Positions 25,522 to 37,929 of a DNA stretch of 64,000 nt are shown here, piece by piece; position 1 is the first letter of the stretch, and every line of letters begins with the position of its first letter. The notes beneath the pieces were generated by a model. It was not told the origin of the DNA, did not search any database, and saw only the letters and a program-made list of their open reading frames with translations. Position numbers and translations under genes: made by a program. This stretch comes from Takakia lepidozioides. Its lineage: Eukaryota; Plantae; Bryophyta. The stretch is taken from NCBI GenBank assembly GCA_030704615.1, contig CM060732.1, positions 25,606,001 to 25,670,000 on the forward strand. The letters are read 5' to 3'.

Positions 25522-28201
25522 CTAGCGCAGGTCATGCATCAAGTTATAGGGCTCAAGTTCATCGGTAAATCTCATGGTCGTAGACTTCATTTTCAGAATT
25601 TGAGGACGTTTCGCTGTAGTGTTAACTATTTTGACTGCTGACACTTTTGGTCGCATCACTAGTGACGGGGGGCTAGACCACAAGTCAATGAGGAACAGTA
25701 TGCAACGGAGTGGACACCTTACCCAGAGAGTCACTCCCTTCAAATACCACAGATTTGCCCTTCCTAATACTGGCTTCATTCTCATTGTGAAGAGTAGTAG
25801 CAATTTTTGTCACATCATCCTGCACAACTTGAAAATCCATTGGTTCTTTGTCCGAAGATGAAGTAGGTGTAACCTCTGGAATTACCTCTTTCGGCGCTCG
25901 TACCGGCATCTCTCGTTGTTGGCGAGTCATCACCACACATGTGTTCTCCTCACGTTCTTCCTCTTTTGGCATGCTTGACAGTTCGGCGTGTATCCAATAC
26001 ACATTAGGTTGCGATGGTAACTTCTACGTGACTGGACCAGAGGAAGTCCCTGCTTGTGGAAGAGGTTGTGTGGATGTCGATGCTTGATTGGACCCTTGAT
26101 TCCTCTCATCCTGGGATCGTCGTCATGGAAGTTGACTTTGCGTTTCCTGCATCACATGATTTGTAAATGACACCCTAGGCTGATGACTGAATTGAGATTG
26201 CTTTGGGAGATTGGAATTTGGATTTCTTTGTAATATTTGCAGAGCAAAGTACATCCCGTGTTGGGGTGGTAAATTTGCCGGAGGCACCTGATTATATTGA
26301 TCAGGAAATGACGCTCTTTGACCTCGTAGATTTTGATCAACTTGCCATTGGGTTGTATGTTTTGGCCTCTCAATATTTCTCGTTCGACAGTGCTCCAAAT
26401 GATGACCTATTAGACCACAATGAAGACATGTGACATCGTTCCAACAATCTTCTGTTCTATGACTGGACCGACCACACTTTCCACATGGCGGATAACGGTT
26501 TCGTGGCCTATACCCCTGTTCTGGTGGAGGATTCTGGGATGGAAGAGGTCCCATTTCCTGGATCGGGTTGGGACAATGTTGGGGATCATGACTTGACCCT
26601 CGACAATTATATCACCATAACTTGGACGCATTAGGACCCGTCTCAGCTAATGGAACCTGAGTATCATTGTGATGGACATAACTGGAAACCTGCTGATCAA
26701 TGGCACTAACTCTATCCCCCATGGACTCAACAACTCTCAACACAGATGTTAGTTGTTCCTCAAAATGTCCCATCCGATCATTGCTAGTGGATCTCGTATA
26801 TGATTCAGCAGGAACTGACGGAAAGTGCCTTGTTGGGTTTGAGGGGGTGGTGGTAGCCACCAAAGGCATTGCAGATGTCATCGTGGCAGCAGGAACCATC
26901 CCTAGTCATTGTCGGTTTGTAATAGGGCGGGGGAGGTGCCTCCAAAACTGTAAGCGTTGGGTTAAATCGCAATGTATGAAGGAAGCGTCATCTCTGGCAT
27001 CTTCGCACGTTGTACCTGACGATGCATGTTGTCATGTTCTTTCCCTGAGTTGATCGCATCTGCTAGTGTAGCAGGTCTCTGTTGTAGCACAAACAAGTGA
27101 ATATCCTCTCGTAACCCACTCAGAAAACAATCTTTCAGAACCCCATCATCCAAGGGTGCTAGAGGATTCTGTAATCGCATGAGTTCTTTGAAACGCGTCT
27201 CAAAATCAGCAACTTCCTCATTTGGTCCCTGTCTAATTCTAGCAAGGGCCATAAGAACACTTGTAAACTGATGTACTGCTCTGAAATGATTTAGAAAAAC
27301 ATCTCTAAATTGAGCCCAATGTTGAAATGAACCCTCGTGTTGCTGCCGATACCAAATCAACGCTCTACCCCTTAAAATCGTAGGGAACCAGATCAACCAA
27401 TAAGCATCATCCAAAGCCTGATTGGAGTAACAGCTTTGGATAAAGTTTTTGATATGATATTCAGGGTTTTCATGTGGTTCACCAGAAAACCAAGGCAAGT
27501 GACCCGGTAGTGGCAATCAAGCCAACCCTGCTGGCACCACGATTGGGATATCCGGAGCAAGCGGTGCTGGTGGAGGTGCTGGTGTCGGCGGTGCCTGTGG
27601 TGGTTGTGGCTATGCCATTGGACCTCCTAGGCCCAGCGGTGGATTAGATGTTGGACTACGGGGTCTAGCTGGGCTTAAAGGTGGAGAGGATATTGAGGAT
27701 TCAGAACCTTCAGAGTCCCGTCCGTTCAGATCTATATTCAGGTGATCTATGGGTTGATTAACCGAAGTCTCATCCGTTTTTTCTTCAGATGTTGTTACTC
27801 GAACTGTACTTCTAGGTAATTGAAAAAATCTTTCTCTAATTGTTGCGCGAAATATTCTACGTCTAAGTCTAGGATCTGTCCCTCCGGAATCTAATACTAG
27901 GATTGTGATGGGAGCTAGAAGCAGAATTCGACATTCATCTTTGCTAGTTGGTTTATCATGTTAGCGTCGCCTACACTATCAAGGCTCCCATCCCCTAATT
28001 GACACGAGGAGATAGTGTGGTAATGTCATTTGTACTATTCTCTCAAGTGACACATCCAATTGTTGCTACCATTGTTATTTCTGCACAGCCATTTTCAATC
28101 GTTGAGAATACTTCATAAAACAATTTATCATCAAAACAACAAGCAAGATTTTAAAGAATTCAAAACAGCTAGTCTAACTCCCGGCAGACGCACCAAAAAT
28201 A
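25522..28201 (-). mobile_element. Ty3/Gypsy LTR retrotransposon remnant (5' UTR and gag; pol missing)
   Basis: Retrotrans_gag at 26962-27516 (FSGEPHENP..FPTILRGRALIWY..RQGPNEEVADFETRF) and two CCHC knuckles (CGKCGRSSHRTEDC, CLHCGLIGHHLEHC). The LTR end lies at 28202 (..TTGACA on minus). Confidence 0.85.
28177..28195 (-). promoter_or_regulatory. Primer binding site complementary to the 3' end of tRNA-Gly(TCC)
   Basis: The plus strand reads ACTCCCGGCAGACGCACCA, the 3' end of plant tRNA-Gly(UCC) including CCA as I recall it. It lies 6 bp from the LTR terminus. Confidence 0.75.
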
Positions 28202-28692
28202 TGTCAACTATTAATATGCACCCATTAACAGTTGCATACTTAATTTAGGGTTCGTGTTAGACAGCCCCAAGGGTGCTGCTAGTGTGGATTATAATTTTTC
28301 TATGTTATAAGTGTTTGCGTTTGTAATTTATAACCAACAGTTAGCACTAACTCATTGACGTATTTACGAAAACAATAGTCCAGAAATAAGTAATGTGAAT
28401 GTATAATTACCCTCGATATAAAGGGTTATGGTTATTTTAGAGGAGAGATATTCTAGTGTAAATCAAAAATAATAATTTCAATTAACCAACTTTATTATTT
28501 CTTTTTCCTTTTGAATAATTTTATGTATATGTTTAAAAGATAGAGATATTGATTTATTTAGTTTTTACTAGTACCCATTAATTTAGGTGAGTCAAGAATA
28601 TATAATCAATTAGATCATTCTAAGGAAAAGATTAGCTCAATAAACAATCTTAGTAGAACCAAAAATTTAAAAAAAAAGCAAAATTAACTACA

Positions 28693-28953
28693 GGGAGCAG
28701 TGCCGCTAAGGGAAGTTAAACCCCCCAACCTCAGAGGTGCAGAAGAAATCCCTAACCGACAGACCAAAATATATTTGTTAGAATACCAGCAGTGATCTAA
28801 CTACTTATACACATATGCTCTAGGACCTATCCAAACAATCTTGAAAAAAATAGGGAAAAAAAAAAAAAAAACTAACTACATGGGAATGGTGTAGGAACAG
28901 GGTTTGAACCTCCGGCTTATGTTGCACAAGTAACTTCCTTTTCCACTAAACCC
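28693..28953 (-). other. Two degenerate tRNA-like (Pol III type) units in the putative LTR
   Basis: Minus-strand unit 28882-28953 has an A-box-like TAGTGG, a B-box GGTTCAAACCC and ..ACACCA, then TGTAGTTA plus a T-run. A similar, more decayed unit lies at 28693-28765. Confidence 0.35.
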
Positions 28954-29766
28954 AAGTACCATTCTTGAAAATCTCTTAGTGTATTAACTACTTTAAACGA
29001 TTGTTTCAAAACTTCCAACTATGCAACGCTTCATCTCCCTGAACATGAACAGACACCACCAAAACGTCTCTGGCGTTATAGTTATCAAACGCAAGTGCAT
29101 GCACAGGCGTCTAAGCGGTTAAACGGATTGAAAGCGGTCTGCCATGAGTGGTTGCAGTTTCTCTCAGGTGTTCACTCTTAGAATATGTCGTTGCACAGGC
29201 AGCGACTTAGCAATCGGAGTAATGGTGTATGCGTTATTACGTAATACAGAAGCGTGAGATAAAATGAAGAGGAATACTAGATATTCTTCAAAAAAAAAAT
29301 TATGCTAAGATCTAAACAATCAACGGGCGACGAATCTGTGGAATAGCCGTAGTATCTGAGGGTTAGACCATAAACAAGTGCCACGATCCCTGATCCAAAG
29401 GATATCAGCAGTACCAAGCTGAAAAGAAGAAGAAAATTACACACAGGATCGATTAACACCAACTCCTAGTGATGCATAACCAGTGAAGCGTCAGGAAATA
29501 CATTGCCACTTCACACCCATAATCGTCCCCTTCTTCCATTAAGACGAGCGGCGTAGATCAATGCGGGAGACCAAGCTTCAAACATCTGGCTGGCCCTATG
29601 ATTCATCGTGCCACCACCTATTTCTAATGACGCCTGAATTACATAAAGATGTGACTATTGAGTTCTCAAGGGCCACATACCCCTTATTCTTTGATTTCAG
29701 TCTTTCGTTCGCAAACAACAGGTCTTATCTCCAGTTCCGCTCATCCACCGGTCACTGACAATAGCG

Positions 29767-29767
<1 letters not shown>

Positions 29768-29800
<33 letters not shown>
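29768..29800. repeat. (TTA)n microsatellite
   Basis: About 11 TTA units. Confidence 0.9.
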
Positions 29801-29802
<2 letters not shown>

Positions 29803-31069
29803 AAATAATAAATAAATTGCAGACCAAGTACTCTCTACCCACCGTTGGAAACTAATAAGTACTAAACTGATATGATCCAGCCTATTATACAAGACGTTTG
29901 AGATGATAAGTTTCCGAAAAGAGATGCGATTGGAAATAGATGGTGTGCAGGAATAATCAAAGAAAATCTAGACACTGAAGCACTCTAATTCAAGAAATAC
30001 AACTCCGCCAATCCGAGTCACTAGAATTTCGTGGAAATCCAATGTGAAGACTCACAAATTTGACAACCAACAAGACTGATGCATACTTCAACTGGAATAC
30101 AACGGTGGATCAAGTGCACACACACCGACCAGTTCGGCTTCACCGACCAGAGACGTAAATAACGCTGAACGCTGGACTGCAGGCTGCTAGGCACCACAAC
30201 TAGGAACCAGAGTTCATTCTCTGGTTCTATCTTCAACTAAACTACCTAGTTTTGGCAAAGGGGGAATGGGAGGCAGAGAGAGAGCGAGAGGGAGAGAGAG
30301 TGAAGGAAGAGCGAGAGAGGGATTAGATTGTGATCGCTCGGTCCTTCCGCCGGTTGTTTTATAGCAGCTCGTCATCCTCTCATTGACTCCATCCGTCCAA
30401 CTATTTTGACAGATGTCATCCATCCGTTTTAAATAAATAAATAAAGCACCAATGATGTAGGTTAGGTGCATTTAAGCACCGACACCTAGTTAAAAATATT
30501 TAACTAATTCTTCCTAGAGTGTCCATTAATATAATATAAGATCTTTTTATTTTAATCCGTTAGATCTGTCATCTCCATCTGGACAGACTAGATCAAGCCA
30601 CGTGTTTATCATCCATCTGTTGTCATTGTCATCCATTTTATTTTTGTCATCCAGCCGGTAATCTCTCATCCATCCGTTGATTTCATCCGTCTGTAACTTT
30701 CATCCCTCCATAATTTGCATCCATCTTCCATCCTGGGACATGACCAACTTAAGTTTGGTACATGAGCCGTTTTAAGTCCTCATGAATGTTGCTCCTCATC
30801 CATGTCATTCATCCGTTTGGAAAGTGGGGATAGCTACCCTTGATCAACCAATATCCAGCGGTTCACATTTATCCTTGTTTTCCCATTAGTTCCCTTTCCC
30901 GTGCTATGTTGAGATCGGGGAGAGGTTCCCATGCTTGAAGTAGCGAGTTGTAGCGCTTGATTGCTTTGAGAGTCGTCTATTGGTGAGACTTCTAGTACAA
31001 ATAGACATATTTGCTCCCATTTGCTGAGTTAAAAAGACATCGATCTTGAATCATTCTTGGCGTTGAAGA

Positions 31070-31508
31070 CTATTCGTTGAGTTCTAAATCATACCTCCAT
31101 ACCATGTAGCCTCTAGGGTACTGTCCGCAAACCAAAAGCTGAGTTCCTATAACTGCCGACTCCTTGTCAGAAACTTCAAAGGTATAATCCACAGGGTAGT
31201 CTGGCAGACAACGCCATCGCGTACTAACGGAATCAAACGCCCACCATTTCCGTGCACTTATGAGAGGCTGTACATTGTGTGCAGGCCCAGCCAGCATGTA
31301 AACCCATTCCTCCTTGATCCCTACCCATTTGCGAGTCTCAAAGATGTCGTTGCAGCCTTTGTCATCAACCACCGCTAGCGCATTCTGCCATTTCTTACAA
31401 CCACCTTTCAACGGTAAATAATAAGAGCGAGGCACCCGTGCAACGCATTCTAGTGTCATGGTCTGTCAATCCCGGAATCAAGGAGTTGTCTTTCGACTCT
31501 ACTCCAGA
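31070..31508 (-). pseudogene. F-box/kelch-repeat protein fragment (SKIP11-like)
   Basis: SLIPGL, a frameshift, then TLECVARVPRS (F-box), EEWVYML, WWAFD..RWRCLP..SDKES..GTQLLVCG and VWRYDL. Truncated after the first kelch repeat. Confidence 0.8.
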
Positions 31509-31672
31509 ACTGCCATTGATAGAATTCCATTTTATTTATGATTTCTTACTATGATTTCGTACTAAACTTCATAAAATATATACTAATGTACATAAAATGT
31601 GCTATTCTAAATTATGATCCAAAAAATTGATCGACATGGCTTCTTGCGAAGCCTACAAAGCATGTACATCTG

Positions 31673-32368
31673 CTATGTTTCTATAGAGGCATCATCTGAG
31701 TCGATGCTGATCAGTTTTGAGGAGCCAGGGTAACAGGGGCAATATATGGGAACAGAGGCAGTCCAAGCAAAGACACTTGATTCAAGTCCGTCCTTGATGA
31801 TGGCTGCACAATGACCGTGTCCAGCAGACCCTTGCAACGCGGCCTGTTTGTGACACTTACGAGCCCTAAGAAACCATCCGCTTTGGCACGAGAAGATGGC
31901 TTCTGAGTCGGATGCCGTTGGCCAGTGGTGAAACTCAGCATGCATGGAATAGTTGTTAGAGAACCCTTCACGCAGAATAGACAGCTCGAGGTGGTAGCAA
32001 TCCTTCATAAAGGGCGGGAGCAGGCACACGACTGTGGCATTTGATATACCAGAGTGAACACGCATTGCACATACCAGCTCGTTTTGTTTGGGGGTTGCAG
32101 TACTTGTCGATAGGAGGACGAGCGTAATGAAGAGGCCACTTGCTGGAGTATGCAGGGCACGCTTGAGGGGTGTGGTAGCACGGGACCATCTCGTGAAAAT
32201 GTTGTGTTGAGGCTCGACCGGTGAAAACCACTCAGAAAACTTCAAAAAAAAACTTAAAAGATGCGCCATAAGCAGGCTGTAGCGAGTGTTGACTGAGCGT
32301 GAGAGGAAGCAAGAAGAATGCTGCACATCAGCACAGAACACAAGAGTTGGGAGCATGGCGGCGGCCAT
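31673..32368 (-). CDS. Hypothetical 231 aa ORF, no recognised domain
   Basis: Open frame only. Confidence 0.2.
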   Translation of the reverse strand: MAAAMLPTLVFCADVQHSSCFLSRSVNTRYSLLMAHLLSFFLKFSEWFSPVEPQHNIFTRWSRATTPLKRALHTPASGLFITLVLLSTSTATPKQNELVCAMRVHSGISNATVVCLLPPFMKDCYHLELSILREGFSNNYSMHAEFHHWPTASDSEAIFSCQSGWFLRARKCHKQAALQGSAGHGHCAAIIKDGLESSVFAWTASVPIYCPCYPGSSKLISIDSDDASIET

Positions 32369-34781
32369 GGCTGCGTGTGGAGATAGGGCAAAATGGCGGC
32401 ACCGCTAGAAAGAGAGTGACATAACAGGGGAAATAGAGCAAAAAGTGGCAAAACCTAGGAGTGCTAGTTTAGCAGGCTATTTAGTAGAGGATAGCGTGGG
32501 AGAGCGGCGCTCCACCCTCCCGCGTGAAGACGAATTTTTGGATGAACCTATTTATAATTAATACTCTTGCTTTATTCCAATAGTCACTTAGTGATGAGGT
32601 TGTTATCCTAAGCAACAATAATCTATGGATGACAGGGCTTGTAATCTAGCCAATCAGTTGTATGAGGACACCTGTCCTAGTGATTAGCCATTTGGCATGC
32701 CTATTTAAGCAAGGGCTTTGGGCCCTCGAGCGGTGGTGGATTTGATCTCAGACTGTGTACGACTGATGTGTTTGTGTACATGATGAGTTAAAAAAGTGTG
32801 ATGAATGTGAAGCTTCATCGAGTCCTCCACTAATCGTTACCTTCAACGAATGATACTAATCATTGCAAGAGATTGGCTGTGGCAGGGAGAATAAGGTACA
32901 AACGCCAGGGCGAAATGGCGGCGTTTCTAGCTCATTCTTTTATGTGACTCCGTTGCTAACCTGTAAAACTTGAGAGCATTGTTCCTGCTGTGAGCCATGG
33001 CGTCGTCCTCTGAATCTATTCCTATCATCGCAGAAGTTGTTGCAGAGCGAAACTTTGAGCTAACCTTCATTCATGAGCTGCATGAGCGCTTGAAATATGA
33101 GGACATTTGCAGATGTACAGCGTTTGACGAAGGGGAGCCGTGGCCTAGCTCGAGGATATTGAGCTTGACACTCCCTCGGATTTCTGGGTCAAAAAGTTTG
33201 AATAAGAGGCGGCTGAAGAGGCAGCCAAATTAGTTCCACTACGGCCCATAAGCTAGAATAAAACGCAAGGTCAACAGGGCCCTGCAAGGTGCTTGGGCGG
33301 GGAGGTTACTCCAAGTGCTGCATGCAGTTGAGCTTTGGCAGAAGTTGCCTCTTCCGGTGATCAAAGAGCGCATGAGCGCTGACGAATTGTTTAGCTGCCA
33401 CAACTCGGCATTCCGTAGTTCACTGACACCAGAAGTGAACTTGCAATTTTCGCTTTTCCTAACAAACCTAGCCCTTTTAGGTTGTGGGAGTTCATCAAAG
33501 GGGGTAGTGTAATCATTTTTGCCAATCTTCACCCTAGTGGGATGACTGCGCCCGAATCCGAGCCTACTTGGGAAGAAGTGGTGGTTGGTGTGTTGGAGCA
33601 ACGCTTCCCTCATAGCGGCACTAACATTGTCGTCTTCCCTAGAAGAAGCTTCAAACAACAACAGCTGGGGTTGAGCAATTTGGCGGAAGCCTCTGAGTAT
33701 CCTCCTCACACCCTTGTGGTGAAGGAAAAGACAATTTCATGGAAACGTATGACTTCATGACCGAAGATGGTTTCACAGCTCTATTTATATGACTATATCA
33801 CTACATGTGTCATTTTGAAGGCACATACAGGAACAGTATTCATCCATTGGATGAGCTCATTCATCAATGATCAAAGTGCAAAAGGTTAAAAAAATTCAAA
33901 AAGTTGCTTACAAGTAACAAGTTAGGGTGGTAACAAGTTGCTTCTCACTCATGCATGTATTTACAAGAGCTATGCTAGAAAAAGAGGCTGATGAGATGGT
34001 AGGGTTGAGCGAGTTAGAAGCCCGTGCTACTAGAGAGAGAGACTTGTCTGCTCTGAGAGAGAGAGATGATCATGGAGAGTCTACTGGAAATGTTCAAGAA
34101 TGAAATGCTAAAGTTGCATAGGAACCAGATCTAGGTGTGGAAGAGTTGTGTAAGGCCATGGGAGTCAATTTCAAATTGTCCTCCCCTGATGAAAATGTTG
34201 ATCAGTCAAAACAGCCCAGTGACCTCTGTGATCAAGTCTGTTGATTCCACCAAAAAGATGCACAAACAGCCATACCCTGAGTATAATTTGGGTGAGGATT
34301 TTGAGTCGTTTTTGGAGTTTTTGACATCAATAGGGAAATTGATCAACTCAGTTTCTCAAAGGTTCATTGTCAAGTCATTCAGAGTCTGTCTTAAGGGTGA
34401 AGCTAGAAATATCTTTGGATCTAGCATTAAGGGCAAAGGTGACCTGACGTGGTATGAGGCAAGAGCGTTAGCTAGCAGGTTGTTTTGTGAAGAAAAACCT
34501 ATTGCTTACATTGTCCCTGAACTAATATTCACACCTGGTGACAGTTTGTGGAAGTATTACTCTGATCTTTGCACATCAGTGTGTAAGGCTGTTGATACTC
34601 CATCCGAACGCTCAGCCATCCTGAAACACTGCTTCATCAAGGACCTACCTCCTACAGAAACAACAGTATAATCACGAGGATGAAATGGTGGGGTTGCTTG
34701 AATTAAGACTTAGGCTCAAGGCTGCAAAGGCAGGAATGACTAACCCTCCCTCCAGGCACACACAATTGTTGAATGATTGCA

Positions 34782-35473
34782 GGGTAGTTGCAGCCTACGG
34801 TGGACCAAAATGAAAAACACCATGAGTCCCTAAAAGTAAATAAAGGGGGATGTGGCAAATCCTCAACCATTGGATTCGTTTCAATTTACAATCTCAACCG
34901 TCTATGATTGACCATTAAATACTTTATTTTCAAATCGCGATAGTTTCAGATCATGATAGTTTTTTTTCAAATTTGACCTTGATCCACCCCAGGGGTTTAC
35001 CCTTGGTCTATGTATTTAAGGAGGTAGTGTTGATATTTCAACAAATTCTATATGTAAAGGACTTTACGAAAATAGTTATTTTGAAGGCTCAAAATAGTAC
35101 ATAAAGTTTATATTACTCAATATTTTTGAGTGGATGTTTTCATTCTAGATTCCTTATCCCTCAAAGCACATTTGGTCAAGTCCCTTTTTCTAATTTTCTA
35201 TTAATCATGCTCTAAAAAAAGTCCATAACGGCTTTTTATATGGACTATAACAAATCCTTATGGACTTGTTCCAAAGTCCATAATTTCTAACCGTTTGTTT
35301 TTTTTATTATTAGACTTGGAATAGGGGAAATATATGTAGTTGAGCCTTCATAGCTTAGTCCATTTTTACTATCAGCATTGCCATTTAGGAGTATGATAAT
35401 TTACAACTAATCAAGGTCCCAAAAAAACAGTGTTGTGACAGCATTTTTGGTCCACCGTAGGCTACAACTGCCC
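34782..35473. mobile_element. Non-autonomous TIR element (MITE) inserted in gag
   Basis: TIR of about 30 bp, GGG(T/C)AGTTG(C/T)AGCCTACGGTGGACCAAAA, flanked by TGCA on both sides. Removing it restores the gag frame QLLNDC|KNADTT. Confidence 0.85.
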
Positions 35474-36419
35474 TGCAAAAATGCTGACACTACTGATGGG
35501 CGTTTTGGGGTTAAGTCCAGTATAGATGAACTCTTGCCTAGACTCGTGCATGAGATACACCAATTTCGCAATGAGGTGCAAGATCAACTCATGGCCATGA
35601 AAAGTGAAGTGGATTGGCGGGCTTCAGGCTCTGGCTCATCAGACCACCACAATCTTGCTGGTAACAAAGCTGGGTTTCGAGGCAAAACCCAAATAGGGTC
35701 GAGGTATGTGAATGAGACTTCACTCCCTGCTTGTATGATTTGTAAATATACTGATCACTACACTCGCTTTTGTCCTTACATGTCACAGCTCCCAGCTCTC
35801 ATCGAGCGGTTTCAAACGGAGAAAAGGCTATGGTGAATGCAGTGCTATCTCATGACTTCAAGCTCCTCCATTGTGAAGCCATCAGAAAGGTCAGTAAACT
35901 TTGTGTGCACCCTTTGATGACACAATGTCACGTGGGTCATCTTTCCATTGTCGGCATATACCGGCTGTACCATGTCAGCCATTCCCCTTAGTGTGGTACG
36001 TGTTTTGGGCCTAAGAATTCAATCTACCAAAGGACTTGAAGTCACCATTACAGGTGGTACTACATATGAGCCCATTGGATTAGTCACTTTGCCTATTCGG
36101 GTCAGTGGGAAAAGTGTTGTTCTAACATGTATTGTCACACTTGGTGAACAATTCTTGTTGGGCCTTGACTGGCTGAAGGGGCTGAAGCTAGCATTGATAT
36201 ATTGGGTAGTTATGTGGCTGCATATTAATGGTGAAGGCAATCCCTACAAGGTCAGTCTTGCCCCTGTCACACTTGCTGCTGGTACCTCCATGGCTAATTA
36301 TGCTAAGCTTAAGGTGCAGGCTGACACAATGCGTGAGCAGATTGGACTACACTACAACTGGTCCAGGTTTAGTCAGTTTAAAGCTGCTGATGCTGACTGC
36401 CTCCATTAATGGCCACAAT

Positions 36420-36730
36420 TCCTTCCTCCGGGTAAAAAAGGGTGGTCCTCCCTTACCTGTGCCCAAGAACTCTTTGCTCTTACGGTCATCCATAGACTTC
36501 GTGATCCCTGCTTTTTCTTACCACATAGTACCTACGGGGTTAGCCTTGTGTGCCCACAAGGCCATTATCTTGAAGTGGAAGGCTGGAAAAAATTAACCTT
36601 GCAGAAACATCGCCTGATTGCATCTGGTGTCATTGACCGAGGGTTTAAAGGAGAGGTTCACTTGCTTCTTGCCAATCCAAACGCATCCATGTTAACGTTT
36701 GAAAGAGGCAGGTCCTTGCTAGACTCACAG
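36420..36730 (+). pseudogene. dUTPase-fold domain between protease and RT of the host Gypsy
   Basis: Reads LRVKKG...DFVIP..IVPTGLAL(C)APQGHY...SGVIDRGFKGEVHLLLAN...FERG, collinear with trimeric dUTPases. Frameshifted. Confidence 0.7.
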
Positions 36731-37929
36731 CCCTGTCCCTCTCAGATTTGTCCTCTGTTCAGGGTGCTTTGAGTCTACAGGACATCGGGTTGGTGGACTC
36801 ACCTATTGATCAGCTACAAGCTTTTGCTGCTCAGAAGGGACCTGCTGCTTGCCCAGCCCTTACACCTGATCAGGAGACAGATTTCTAGCAGGTATTACAA
36901 GACATAAAGGTGGAAGATCATCTCACTCAAGACCAAAACATCTGCTTCATCAGTTTGTTCTAAGCAACCTGGATCTCCTTAGCAAGGGACCTCACGATTT
37001 GGATAGGACTAATATCCTTCAACACGACATTGTTACTGAAGGTAAGCCCATTAAACAATACGCCTACCGTGAGAGTGTTCGAGAGCGCAAGGTCATACAA
37101 GAAGAAATTGTTCATATGCTTGATGCTAGTGTGATCACTCCTTCTATCTCACCTTGGGCTAGTCCAATCGTTTTAGTGGGCAAGAAAGATGGGTCTACCC
37201 GTTTTTGTATTGATTTTCGCCGTCTGAATGCCATTACTAAGAAAGATGTGTACCCTCTGCCACACATCAATGAAACTTTAGACCAATTACTTAATGGTGT
37301 TACAATCTTTTCTTCGCTGGATCTTGCAGCCGGCTTTTGGCAAGTACCTTTGACCTCTGCTTCCAAAGAGAAAACAACCTTTACCTACAGAATAGGCATG
37401 TACCAGTTTGAAACAATGTGTCAAGTTATTTTACCACTAGTGTGAAACTAGCTAGGAAATAGCTAGCTTTTACATATTGACATTTGGGATTGGCCCAAGT
37501 GTCAATCCAGGGGTCAAGGCAGATTTAGGCCCTGGAGTGGTTATCTTCACGACAAGCGCGGGAGGCTCATCTTTCTCGAGTGATAAAAAAGAAGAATACA
37601 AGCACGAGCTCACAAAGCTGAAGCATAAACTCATGCATATATAACCTCATCACTCAAATACAAGTCAAGCCAAGTGCACCCCACGCCATGGGGAATCCAC
37701 ACTACGGCGCCATAGCTAGGCGCGGTGAGGCTCAGGGAAGGACAGAGAGGACCTCAGATGCAGGGGTCTCTCCCTTCATTTGCAGGCCAACAATGGGCGG
37801 AGGTGGTGTGTTGGACATGTGGAGGACCCCATGTCAAGAAGGATTGCCCAGAGGGAGGCAAAGGGCCGGCACATGCACAGCCTGCAAAGTTGCAGTGTGG
37901 GCATTGTGGCAAGAGAGAAGTGTACTCCG

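Noticed and set aside
28202-30999. Full 2.8 kb LTR of the tRNA-Gly Gypsy
   Set aside because: The inner end is clear, but the outer end cannot be fixed without a second LTR copy.
37419-37700. Paired LTRs for the nested DNMT Gypsy
   Set aside because: The left and right terminal regions share no visible similarity. They are probably complementary LTR parts left after deletions, so no LTR pair was annotated.
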